From the human T2T-CHM13v2.0 reference genome, Homo sapiens: a stretch of DNA of 64,000 nucleotides. The stretch lies in the NCBI RefSeq assembly GCF_009914755.1, contig NC_060926.1. The stretch is one strand, 5' to 3'. Position numbers and translations under genes: made by a program. The notes below the pieces were generated by a model. It did no database searches. It was given only the letters and a program-made list of their open reading frames with translations, and was not told where the DNA came from. Positions 30,962 through 43,168 of this stretch are shown here, one piece after another. The first letter of the stretch is position 1; each line of letters begins with the position of its first letter.

Positions 30962-31455
30962 ATTTCAATGCCCATTTCAATGGGTGAGAATCAGAGCATG
31001 AACTCCGAGGAAATGCCATATGAGTTCCCTTCCCTCGGCTTTCAGTGGGAGTGGGTATTGAAGAAAATAACTCTTCAGCTGTTAGGTCTCAAAAAGATCT
31101 GAGAGTTCACCTAGTTCAACTTTGTCCTTTTACAGATGACTAAGTCAAAACCCAGAAAGATAATATGGTTTCTAAGGGGAAAAGGTGGGATCGGAACCAA
31201 GGATTTTATTCCCAAATTCAATGCTCCCATCACATGCAAAGGCTCCTGCAGACCATCCAAATCTTGGGAAGGCTGAGGATGGTCAGGTAGTAGTGTCTGT
31301 GAGAACAAGGAAGACGAGAATGAACCAGGGAAGATGGGGAGTTGCACCGCTGCAGATCCTGAGGGATCCCTCAAAAATGGAGGTGGGCTGGGGGCAGGTC
31401 TGCTCTGCAGCCCGTTTTCAAGTTGGCTTTTTCACTCTCAACGTTGGTCCTGATT

Positions 31456-31472
31456 TTTATTTTTATTTATTT

Positions 31473-31508
<36 letters not shown>

Positions 31509-31790
31509 TTTTGAGATGGAGTCTCGCTCTGTCCCCCAGGCTGGAGTGCAGTGGCGCAATCTCCACTGCAAACTCCGACTCCCGGGTTCAAGTGATTTTC
31601 CTGCCTCAGCCTCCCGAGTAGCTGGGATTATTAGCATGTACCACCATGCCTGGCTAATTTTTGTATTTTTAGTAGAGACAGGGTTTCACCCTGTTGGTCA
31701 GGCTGATCTCAAACTACTGACTTTAAGTGATCCACCCACCTTGGCCTCCCAAAGCGCTGGGATTACAGGCATGAGCCTTCACACCCAGCC
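31456..31790 (-). mobile_element. AluS with (TTTA)n tail
   Basis: Reverse Alu. Confidence 0.95.
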
Positions 31791-32665
31791 CCAGATTTTA
31801 AAAATACTGATTCCCCTTGGTTTCCCATCGTGAATGTGCTCTGACGTGAAGGAGGGCTTTCCAGCCCCTGAAACCCACAGTGGCACAGCAAGATGACCAC
31901 TGAGTATCATTCTGCCTGCATTCCTCCAGCTGGGCTGGACCCAAGAGGCCAAGATATACTTTCTAAGGTTCACCCCATGCCTTCAAAATGCTTGGCTAGA
32001 TCGTTCGAAGCTAAGCAATATCCACTCATTCAGAATGTGTATAAATTATAGCCCAATGTGTTAAGACAAGCTTCCCCACCAAAAGCGCCCCTTTAAGTCT
32101 AAGCAATTGAACAGATTGTCAAGGAAGCTGACAACTCTGTTCCTCCTCCTCTCTACTCATTTTAAGTATTCTGCACGGCACCGCTTTAAAACTCAAACTT
32201 AAATCAACTTGAAAGATTCTTCCCCAAGAACCAGCACATTTTGTCAAAAACCAGATAGATTTAAAAGGAACACACACGCCCACTATCCCTCAAGTAGTAC
32301 CAGAGCACAGTTGTCTGAGTCTCGGAGTGAGAGACGGGCAGATGGGGGCCAGGGGTGTGTGATAGGCCGGTCACTTCCTTTTCTTCCCACTCCAATAATA
32401 AATAATCAATTTCATAAAGTTGATAGAAAGAGGCAAGAGTAGAAAGTACGCGTGGTACATTTCTAAGATGGATTTTTCCTGGGCTTCTTAAGTACGGTGT
32501 CTTGATTTTTCTCAGTTGTATTAAACGTATGAGAGAACACCTGTTTCATGTTACCCACCCACAACTCGGCTGTGTGATTAGATGGAGCACACACTATCAA
32601 GAACAAAAAATATTTGTGGGAAAGAATGGCTTGACAAGTTAACACAATTTTTTATGTTCTTTCCA

Positions 32666-32669
<4 letters not shown>

Positions 32670-32703
<34 letters not shown>
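32670..32703. repeat. (GA)n microsatellite
   Basis: Directly visible. Confidence 0.95.
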
Positions 32704-32707
<4 letters not shown>

Positions 32708-33611
32708 GCCAAATTGCCAGAGGATAGAAACACTTTGTTTCTACTTGAACTCTCATAAAAGGCTTCTGAATGAGGTTTTTGACATTGGAACGGAGGGTAT
32801 TTTTATGATGGATATTTTAACCTTTTCCTCAAAAGCTGAGATTTTGCAATCACAACCCACTGTTTCCCAATGATGATGACTTAAGGAGAAGTAGCATTTC
32901 TCAGCCCCACAACCTGATGTTTCCACTGAAGCCAAAGGGGTTAAGGATTTGTTACTTGATCTAATGGCAACGACTTTCCAATAGACATGCACAGAATCAT
33001 TGATCAATGTGCCCTCTCCTTGTTTGCACTGGAACACTGTTCAATTTACACCAATTAAAGAATGCTTGGTTTGGGTATTGAAGAATAATTAAGAGAGGCA
33101 AATCCCCAAGGGCTTCTAAAAATGACATCTGACTAGAATGGTGATTATGGCATGAAGGCGGCATTAGTTTTAAATAGTTTGACTGATATACAAAATCATT
33201 ACAACGTCTCTCCAGGAAGAGTGACATTAGGTCAACGTATGTACTTGCCTGGTCACCCTAAACAAATTTGACAAGTCTAATTTTAAGTAATTGCTCAGAG
33301 TTTAGTGGCAGCCTCTGTCCCCACAAGGGCAGCTGTCCAGACCACATCATGTAATTGAGACGTGTCTTTAAACTATATGTGTCACTCCAACATGCGAATG
33401 TGCTCTCACAAAAATGTTAAGGGTTAGTGACACTCCAGTGAATTATTTTCCAGTCGAGTTTCAACTTTACTGTAGCTTTTTGAACTTTACTATAGCTATA
33501 TGAAAACTTTACTGTAGCTATTTGTTAACTTATCAACAAATTCTACCTCATCCCCCTATAGGAAAGATTGGGTTTTCTAGCTAGATCGAGCTCTAGAGTT
33601 CATCCAGGAAT

Positions 33612-33770
33612 CATTTCAAGGTGTGATCCCTGGACCAGCAGCCTCGGCAGTACTTGGGCAGTGGGTAGAAAGGCAAATTCCCTGGCCCCACCCCAGGCCT
33701 GCTGAATCAGCAGTTCTGCAGATGAGGTCCCACAGTGATGCTTTAAAAAGTGCTCCCAGTAACTCTGAAG
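33612..33770. mobile_element. MER5A-like MITE
   Basis: tccctggaccagcagc..ggccccaccccaggcctgctgaatcag. Confidence 0.7.
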
Positions 33771-34019
33771 CCCACAGATTCACTATCTGGGTGATTAAAT
33801 GGATGCCCAAAAGTTTAGGTAATTTGCCTGAACCATGCAGCTCACTTGAGAGTGGAGGCTGGGGCTGATCATGTCGTGTTCAAAATGTTTAATTCCTGAA
33901 CCTTGGTCCAACTTTTATCTGAAATGCTCATCTTAGATTTGTATTGCAATAAAACTCCAGCCAACTAAGTACGACTGATTTTTATTATTCAGTTAAAGTC
34001 TTGAAAATATTTTGCTCAT

Positions 34020-34400
34020 CTGTTTCTTATTTAACTCCCTGGGTATCCCTGAGAAGGTGTGCAGCATCCGGACTGGTGGCTGGCTGGTTGTCTTCTTTCT
34101 CCTGGTCATCAGAGGCTGAGCCTGCGTGCAGGTGTAGTCATTGGATTAGTTGTAAGAGGAAGTATCTCCAGAGCCAGCGATTTGATGACCAGTGTGAGAG
34201 CCTCAAGAGGCCCCCTCTTCAGTCCTTGGAGATCTCTATGCATATGTAGAGAGTGGTCCTCCCTTGCTCCAAGGGGCTCCTGCACGACACTGATCAGCAG
34301 GGCCCCTGCTGCCCCTTACTGGACATAGAGTGAGAGTGACAGACTTTGGTATATGAAGCCACTGATATTTGGGGAATGTTTGTTACCACTTTACAACCTG
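34020..34400 (+). mobile_element. Old MLT1 LTR fragment
   Basis: 3' motif aagccactgatatttgggg..tttgttacc. Confidence 0.5.
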
Positions 34401-34949
34401 GCACATCACAGGATCCTTTGGGACCTCTAGACCATCCCTTTGCACCATTAAAAGTAGGCAATGGGTAGGACAGAAGGTAGGTGGGAAAAAAAACACTTCC
34501 CTATGTAGAATACAACTGAAGAGAATGGTATTTCCAAGAGGACAGAAGAAAGTGAACTAAATTTGAGTTACTAACCAAAAGACTTCTAATTTAATTTTCT
34601 TTTTTTCATCATCACTGTATCTTTTGCCACCTACCCCAGCCTGACATTCCTTGAGCCACATAGAGCCCGTATTTACCTAACTACAAGTGAGTGAATCAAA
34701 TCAAAACTGAAAAATAAGAGTGGTCTCATTTGCAGGCTGCACAAGTTCGCCGTTTCCAGTGCCCTGCCAAGCAGCTCAGCCATACAACTAAAGTGTATGA
34801 AAAAGGCTTCTTTCCTACTTGCCCAGGCTCCCAACAGATGGAGAAAGTCTATCTTAGATGCCTGTCCCCCTCCCTCTTCCTACTCTCCTTTTCTTCCTGA
34901 GCACCCTCACCACCCAGGTGAGCCTGTGGAACCAGCACACCCCCTCTCG

Positions 34950-36600
34950 CCCCCTTTCCTCTCCATCTCTCTCCCTCCGTCCCTCTCTCGGCAGTGATGC
35001 TGAGTCGTTCAGCCATTTCATCCCTGGGCTCTCTGTGCAGGGCGAGGGGTAAAATGTGCCTCTGAATGGGGAGGAGTAGACAGAGTGGATTAATGGCAGC
35101 AACAGAAGAGTGATACAGCCGAGCAGAACAAAACGAGGGCGACCCGGACAAAACAAAGCGCCACAATAGATCATTTCTGAAAAGTCATCCGGGCAGCTTT
35201 GAAACCCAGGGTTGTGTGTTCCAGCGCAGTGTCACATCCACCGGCTTTCAAGAGACATGAATGGAAACGGAACAGTAACTCTTTTTCATGCCTCTTTTCA
35301 GGGGTCTTGTCAGCAGAGAAGGATTTACCATTCAATTCCCATACTTTTATGTGGGAAATTAGGAATTTGCCCCTTAAAAAGAAATTGCCTTTTAAACTCA
35401 TAAATTGTGGCGATTTTATAGATTTACCAAAACTTCTTCCTCCTTTTCCTCTTTCCACTTATATTTCATTTTTAAAAATACTCATAAACACCAATATGCA
35501 CATACATATACACAATTTCTATCTTCTCCACTTTTCTCAGGAATCTTCTATTCAGAAAATCTTCAGCCAAAGAGCTATTTCATCTTTCTGCTTGATAAAG
35601 TACTTGGTTTCTGTCCTTAATGATTTCATTTTACCACATTTCATCATACATCCAACTTCTTTTCAGAATGAAGAGACATACACTAGAAATTATTTATCAC
35701 TGTGTATCGGAAAGATTGGCATGTGTTGGGCTAAGGTGGTGAAAAGGTCAGAGGCAAAATAAAATAGGACCCTCATTCATTTACTGGTCAGCAGGAGTTA
35801 ACTAAGTAGTCACTGGTGAAACTTCCTCTGACTAGCCCTGAATACATCCTACTTTTGAATTGTCTAATAAAAATAATCAGGTTTTACTAGAAGAGAGCTG
35901 GATAAAACGTCCCCAGCTGGAATGGACGGGCCCGTAGTTTCCCCGTGGACAGCACATATCTGGCCTCTTTCTTCTCAGAAGCGCGCAGTGTTTTGCCATG
36001 TTAATCTCATTAACCTTCCCTATCAGTTTCAACGGGACAGAAATGAAGACTTGAGAACGTAGAGTTCCTGGCCGGAGGAGTCAAGTTTTGGCTCGGAGCC
36101 AGTACATTTGATCTGACTCCCCAGGCCTCTTCCAGGGGCTTTTTTTGGAGCAGAGGAAGAAAGCACAAACAAGGGAACCTTGCCATAGGAAACCCAGCCA
36201 TGTGTGATTCCTCGCTGCCCTCTTCCCTCCTCCTGCCCCCAGGAGAGTCCCCATTGCCCTAGAAGGGAGCAGAGCGCAGCTGAGCTGACGGCGGGCCATT
36301 CTCCAAGGGCGGTCAAGCATGCCCATATCCCCCGGCCCATTCCCTCCGAGAAGCCTTTGGGGCAGGCAAGAGATAGAAAGGAGGGAGAGGGCAGGGGGAG
36401 GGAAGAGAAAAGAAGGTTTTCCTCCTCAGCAGGTCTGTAAGGCGAGACTGGGGCACGCTAACCATTTCCTGATGTGCAAACGCAGAAACTTGGACTTCTT
36501 TTCTTGTTAGATTTCTTAGATATGCAAAAACCTAACCCAACAAAAGCAAGTCTCGAAATAGATTTAACTTGGATCGGTTCAGACCCTGGTGTCACTTCTC
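34950..36600. promoter_or_regulatory. Candidate regulatory region (repeat-free, CpG-retaining)
   Basis: CpG clusters at ~35.0-35.3 kb and ~35.9-36.6 kb, AAAGGTCA at 35743, and no recognisable transposable element. Confidence 0.35.
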
Positions 36601-36604
36601 TGAC

Positions 36605-36605
<1 letters not shown>

Positions 36606-36651
<46 letters not shown>
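36606..36651. repeat. A46 mononucleotide tract, not attached to an Alu
   Basis: Directly visible. Confidence 0.95.
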
Positions 36652-36653
<2 letters not shown>

Positions 36654-37469
36654 TAAAAAATCAATTTCCTATTTCTAATGGCAATATTTAAAACCTCAGA
36701 AAGAAAACCCCAATACTAACTGTATCAAACTCCGCAAATCTGGGAACAGTGTCATTTCCTTCCCTGTCAATAGTTACGTCAAAAAGAGTCAGGATGTTGC
36801 TCTTTAAGAAGCAAATCCCCATTAGGAATTAGTATTTGAAGGAATGGTGGTTCTCAAACACGGACCTCACTTGCTTCAATAACAGAGGCAGCTTTAATGA
36901 TCTGGGAAGGTTTACTTTATAATTAAAATATTTAACTATATTTCATTTAAATGTATATTTAAACTATAATTAAGTATATATTCAAATTACATTTAAATAT
37001 TTAATTTAATATTAAAATATTTTCAATTCCTTCTTTGCTATCTCTAAATGAAGAGTAAAAATTCCAAAGACCAGGCTGCTCACAAGCTTTCTAAAGCCCC
37101 ATGGCAACAACTCTTACTTGCCCCAGAAAGAGCAGTGCCCAGTGCCTCTGGGGAGATGTCCTTTTCAACAGCCTCACCCACAACCAAAAACTACAAATGC
37201 TGACAAGATGACAGCACCGCTAACCTCTAAACCAGCGATTCCCAGCCTGTTTGGAATTAGGGCAGCATATTGCTTAAGAAACTCTCTTCCTACTTAACTC
37301 TTCAGAAAAACTGGCTTACACTTATTTTTTAAAACTTAAATTGCTTTCAAATATTATTATGTGATTAGAAAAATGTTTTCTGTGATTTTTCTTAAAACCT
37401 GTTCCAGCCTCCACTGCCAAGACCAGTATGGCCTGTGACAACTATATAAACTTACTTTTTCCTTGTCCT

Positions 37470-38060
37470 TTCTCCATCAAGCAGTGAAAGTTATCCTAAA
37501 ATAATTAAGTGAATTATCCCACCTCCCACCTCCATTGCTGGCTTAAAACTCTTCCACCAGGGAGCTTCCTGATGCATTGAGGGTAACACTAAGACCTGGC
37601 TCCCATCTACATTGCCAGTCCTCTGTGGTGCTTCTCTCTCCTCTTCATTCTTGCGTTCAGTTCCTTGGGCTCAACTTCTTTGCTCCAGGACCTTTGCACA
37701 TGGTCCCCTCTGCTTGGACTGGTGTACTCCCATTCCTGGCATCCCTGGCTTCTTCTCTTCCATTAGGGCTCAACTAAAACACCACCTCTTCACAGGGGCT
37801 TGCCCTGACTGTGCTATCTAAAGTAGCCTTCTCTCCCCCATTCATATCTATCCCAGCCCAAGTTTTTGTCCTTTGCAACACATATTCCAGTCTATAGATG
37901 TTTTAGTTTTATGTGTGTCTACTTGTTTCTGTCTGCCTCTTCTTACTAGAATGTAGGCTCCATGAGAGAGGAACATGGCTTTTCTGTTTACCATCACCAG
38001 CAACTTGCATATTGCCTGGTACAGAGTCGATGCACCATAAATATTTGTGGGAGAAAGGAA
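37470..38060 (+). mobile_element. L2 3' fragment
   Basis: ggacctttgcaca..tagaatgtaggctccatgag..gcctggtacagagt..taaatatttg. Confidence 0.7.
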
Positions 38061-38192
38061 AGAAGACAAAATATTGACTTGAAGTCAATGTTCTACTTTC
38101 CAGCCTGGATCTATTCTGCATTATTCAGGGTCAAACCTAAGCTTTTATATTAAACAGACCCCAAAATAGAGTAGCTCATAAGGTGGAATTGA

Positions 38193-38520
<328 letters not shown>

Positions 38521-38599
38521 CGAATTGATTTTTCTTTCACATATATTGTGGAGTTGTTTGTTTTAGGCTGGGAGGACGTTCTGTCACACATAATAATTA

Positions 38600-38913
38600 A
38601 GAGATCTAGATTATTTCTCTTGCTCCTCTATCCTGCAGGGCAGTACTCATCTGCTTGGTAGAATGGGATTACCAGCACATCAGGTGCCCACCTATTGGAG
38701 GGGAGAAAGAGGGCACGTCCAAGAAGAGTGATTTCCATTTAAGATGGGAAACCGGAGTTGCACATATCGCCTATGCCCACATTACAAAAGCAATAATTTA
38801 GTCTGCAAGGGAGGCTGGGAAGTATAGTCTCTAGCCGAATGGCTTCATACCCAGGAAGAAAGGAAAGATGGATTTGGAAGGATGGATTTGGAGGAAACTA
38901 GCCATCTGCCACA
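38600..38913 (-). mobile_element. Old MLT1 LTR fragment
   Basis: ctgcaagggaggctgggaagtatagtct..tctgccaca terminus. Confidence 0.55.
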
Positions 38914-39493
38914 TGTTCCTAGACTTCTCTCTGGGTATAAAACATTCTGTGACCTGCCGTGGAGTAGTGGAGCCTGTGCATAGACTCTGTCCTTAACTAG
39001 ACAGGGAAGACCTCCACCCAGGATCCCTCTACCACACTGCAGAGCTCATGGGAGCCAGAAAGGCAGCATAACTTAAGGGTGGCAAATGGCTGCAGCCACA
39101 CTGAATACTGAGACTCCAACTACTCCACCTTTCCCTACCTCTCTTAGCTCTAAGCTTAGAAAATATCCAGATGCATTTTTGTCTTAGCACCTAAATTCTC
39201 CCAGTCAGTTCTTCACTTACAGCGTAAGAAGAACATGCAAAATGCAATTGCCCAGAGTGCCAGTGATTTTCATTTGTAAGGAAGAAAATAGATAGGCAGA
39301 CCTCTTCTCTATCCCCAAAACAATCCCAGCTCAGTGGTTTCCTTCCAGGTGATCTTCAGCAGATTACTGAACGTCCTTAAGACTCAGTTTGCTCACTTCC
39401 AAAATGGGAGCCAAAATACATTTGTCATATGGTTATTAAAATGTAAAGTCATGAATGCATGTAAAGTTCTTTGTTTTTTAAAAAGAAATGCAC

Positions 39494-39808
39494 GGCCAGG
39501 CTTGGTGACTCATGCCTGTAATCCCAGCACTTTGGGAGGCCAAGGCAGGAGAATTGCTTGAGGACAAGAGTTCAAGACCAGCCTCAGCAACATAATGAGA
39601 CCCCATCTCTACAAAAAATAAAAATAAAAAAATTAGTTGGGTGTGGTGGCTTGAAACTGTGGTCCTAGCTACTTGGGCAGGAGGCTGAGGTGGGAAGATC
39701 ACTTCAGGCCAGGAGTCTGAGACTGCAGTGAGCTATGATCGCTCTGCTGCACTCCAGGCTGGGTGTTAGAGTGAGACCCTGTCTCTAAATAAATAAATAA
39801 GTAAATAG
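39494..39808 (+). mobile_element. AluJ
   Basis: Diverged Alu with (TAAA)n tail. Confidence 0.9.
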
Positions 39809-42020
39809 AAATACCTGACAGATACATATTTTCTTACAACTAGTGGCTTTTCTTTTGCCAATTTCCAGCCAGGTAAACTATCTCTCTTCCTCAAACTAAT
39901 CAAATTCCTCCGCACTATATTAAATTCCCCTGTTGCCTAAAGTCTTCTCGGAAGTAGTCCAATAGTCCTTGTCTGTCTCTCTTTTCTCAGTTCCTGTCCC
40001 ATGAGTGTTCACATATTTATGCAATGTCTTGGGCTATCCTCTGATTGTGTCATAAGTATTTATCTCATTGCCAAGACTGCACGCTTTGTGAAAGTAGTAG
40101 GAATCATGTTGGTGGGTCTGGTAGCTCCTAGCATCTAACACAATGGGCGCTACATCATAACCATGCAACAGACACCCTGTTGAGTTATTGAAATGGAGAC
40201 ATCAGCAAATTAAAGTTAAGTCTATATGATCCTAGAGAAACAAATTAATTCAGCAGATTATTCCCAAATATTGGTTGATTCGAGATTTCTTTTTTTAAAT
40301 AGTTAAATCTGCTGCTTATCTGAACTGAATGACTAACTTACTATCCCTGTGTAGAAGAAGCTGAAAATGTTGCCTAAAATTATGTTACACACGGGGACTT
40401 CTGGTAACTCATGATACTGCCTTCTGGGTGGTGTTTATTCTATGCCACAAACACCTGAATTACTGAAATTGAAATCCATCCAGGTTCTCTGTTTGGGGTT
40501 CCAGCACTTTGTGGACTGGCACATGTGTCTGACAAAAATCCGGGGAATGCTTGGCCTTTCATTCCTCTGAGAATTATGCCATTTTCCAAGAAAAGCTAAA
40601 TAGCTCATTCATGTTTCACACTCTGTTCTTCCAGGCTGGTTTCCTGAGGATATTTTTTAGCCAGACTGGTGTGTTTTCTTTTTTTCTTTTTTTTTTTTTA
40701 AATAGGCTGCTATACATTGAGAATTTTCAACTTAAACTGATACTGAATGATTCTTAAGTGCATAGTTAAATGACGAATATTATTCTTATTTCTTCGATTA
40801 CAGATGAAAACAATATACACATTCGTGGTGTCCACTCAGTGACATGTGTTGACAAATTCCCCCAGAGTATAACTCAAATGCACGTGAAATTTCTCAGTAC
40901 TGCTTCCGAGGGGAGCTAACTAATAAGTACCATCAGGTAACAAAACTGTTATTTTTTCTTTCTGCGTCACTTTTATCATCAAGAGAAGTGAGGAATTTCA
41001 CATTTCAAGGGCTTTTTGCTCAGGAAATTCTAGTTTGGCCTTAACACAGATTGATGTCTCTAGGGGGGAAGTAATGGAGTAACCTGAAAAACTTGAACAG
41101 AGGAGCAAAACTCCTTGACCGGATGTCATCCATCTGGGGCTTCCAGAAGGAAACTGATAAGTCTATATACCACCCGCTAACACGGAGCAAGCTCTAGACC
41201 ATCTGAATCCTCTTTTCAAAAGGAGGAGACGCATGAACTGCAGAGCTCTGAGCCCAGGTTCACTCCCCAAAGCTAAGCAATAAGCTTAAATGCAGACAAG
41301 GAAAATACTGGGTTTGGCTTACCTAGCTGGTTCAGGCCAGTGTGAACTGGACAGGGGAAAGAGCCCAAGAATTTCTAAAAGTTACTTAGAAAACAAAAAG
41401 GCACGAGTCAACTGAGGTGGCCTGGTGATACACAGATATGTGTCTCCCAAAGTTAAAGGGAAAGGCCCCCCACTTCTTTGAAATGATGAAACCAGTGAAG
41501 GCTTCAGAGAAGAGGACACTTGAACTGGGTCTTTACTCACAGCCAAATAAGAGCACGAGGTGGACTAGGAATGTACAGGTGGCCCCGTGAGCACAGAGCA
41601 AGTGCTGGGCTGACAGGGGCAGGAGAGAGAGCTGGGTGGGAAGGGTCTCGGGAAACATGTGAATGTGCTGGGACACCACCTTGTATAGACTGCTGTGAGT
41701 TTGTTGAACTAGGCTGTGGATAAATAGGTCTTTGTCTCCCCTCACACTACATGAGGAGCTGAGGATTCACCAAGCATCACAGAACATGGTTGCTGCCTTC
41801 AGGGCGCAGGCAATGGAGGTTCCCTTGCTTTAGAACGTACAATGATGGTGAATTGTGTGGCTTATCAGCAAGTAATTGAGCCACAGGACAGCAATGCAAC
41901 CTGATGCTAGATGACACTTAGTCCAATCGTGGCAGGTAAGAACAAGTAATATTACTGCTGAACTGGGGGAGGGGGGACGAAATGACATCTTTCCGTCGCA
42001 TTTATCATGGTCTAAGCTAC

Positions 42021-43168
42021 TGTGGCAGTCAGCATCCCTGTGGGAAACAGACGGCTAATTCATATGGTAAACTGGGGTGACACTAATGAAGGATCTGTTT
42101 ACAGAGGTGGAGTGAGGGTTAAGAACACCAAAACGATGGTGAGCAGTTATGACTCCTAAGCTTGAAGTACCACTGTTAAGGGCCAATTCCCTCAATTGTG
42201 GAGATGGAAAGGAACTGGCCCTTCCCAGTGGCACTTCTCCACAATTGGAGAGGGCTGACTTCCTCCACAGGGAAGGGCTGATTCCCACCTTTGGGGAGGG
42301 CAAATTTCCACCATTAGGAAATGCTGATTCCCACCATTAAGGAAAACTGACTCTGACCACAAAGGAGGGTTGATTCCCTAAATTGTGGAAGACTCATTCC
42401 CTCCATTGGGGAGACCTGATTCTCTCCACTGGCGAGGGCTGATTCCCACCACTGGGGAGAGCTGATTCCCACCATTAGGGAGAGCTGATTCCCACCATTA
42501 GGGAGAGCTGATTCCCACCATTAGGGAGGACTGATTCCCACCATTAGGGAGGACTGATTCCCACCACTGGGGAGGGTAAATACCCACCATTAGGGAGAGC
42601 TGATTCCCAGTACTGGGGAGAACTGATTCCTACCATAAGGGAGAGCTGATTCCCAACACTGGGGAGGACTAAGTCCCACTATTAAGGAAGACCGATTCCC
42701 ATCATTGCAGAGGACTTATTCCCAACTCTGGAGAGGGCTGATTCCCACCATTAGGGAGGGCTGACTCTCAACATTGGGGAGGACTGATACGCAACATTTG
42801 GGGAGAGCTAATTCCCAACATTAGGGAGGGCTGATTCCCAACACTGGGCAAGGCTGATTCCCACCGTTAGGGAGGACTGATTCCCAACACTGGGGCGCTC
42901 TGATTCTCAATATTGGAGTGGGCTGAGTCCCTCCCAAAAAGAAGGCAATTGTGTTACCCTCAGGCCATCAGGAGGGACAGAGGCATCGAGACGCTGAGCT
43001 CACTGTTGTACTCTTCAGTCTCAGGTTACTGACCCAGGTGGATTCTGAAAGGCAAGGAAACCATTGATGCCCTCTTTAATGACCTATGCCCCACAGGTTC
43101 TCTACAAAGCAGGGCAGAAAAGGGTATGGAGGAGGTATGGGGAGGCAAATGGAAAACGGCCCACCCAC
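42021..43168 (-). mobile_element. Ancient ERV LTR (LTR78/79-like) hosting the minisatellite
   Basis: Termini tgtggcagtcag..ggaaacagacgg and cagggcagaaaagggt..ggcaaatggaaa..caca resemble this family as recalled. Confidence 0.35.
42180..42932. repeat. 23-bp minisatellite, consensus AGAGCTGATTCCCACCATTAGGG, about 30 degenerate copies
   Basis: Directly visible; core units at 42443-42560 are near-identical and the flanking units are degenerate. Confidence 0.95.

Noticed and set aside
35199-35762. 187-aa ORF, the longest in the track
   Set aside because: Non-ATG start, composition typical of AT-rich non-coding DNA, and no homology recognised.
42470-42875. Interstitial telomeric sequence
   Set aside because: TTAGGG occurs singly within each 23-bp unit and never in tandem.
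42180-42932. CRISPR-like array
   Set aside because: Units are contiguous with no unique spacers, there are no cas genes, and the context is eukaryotic. It is a minisatellite.
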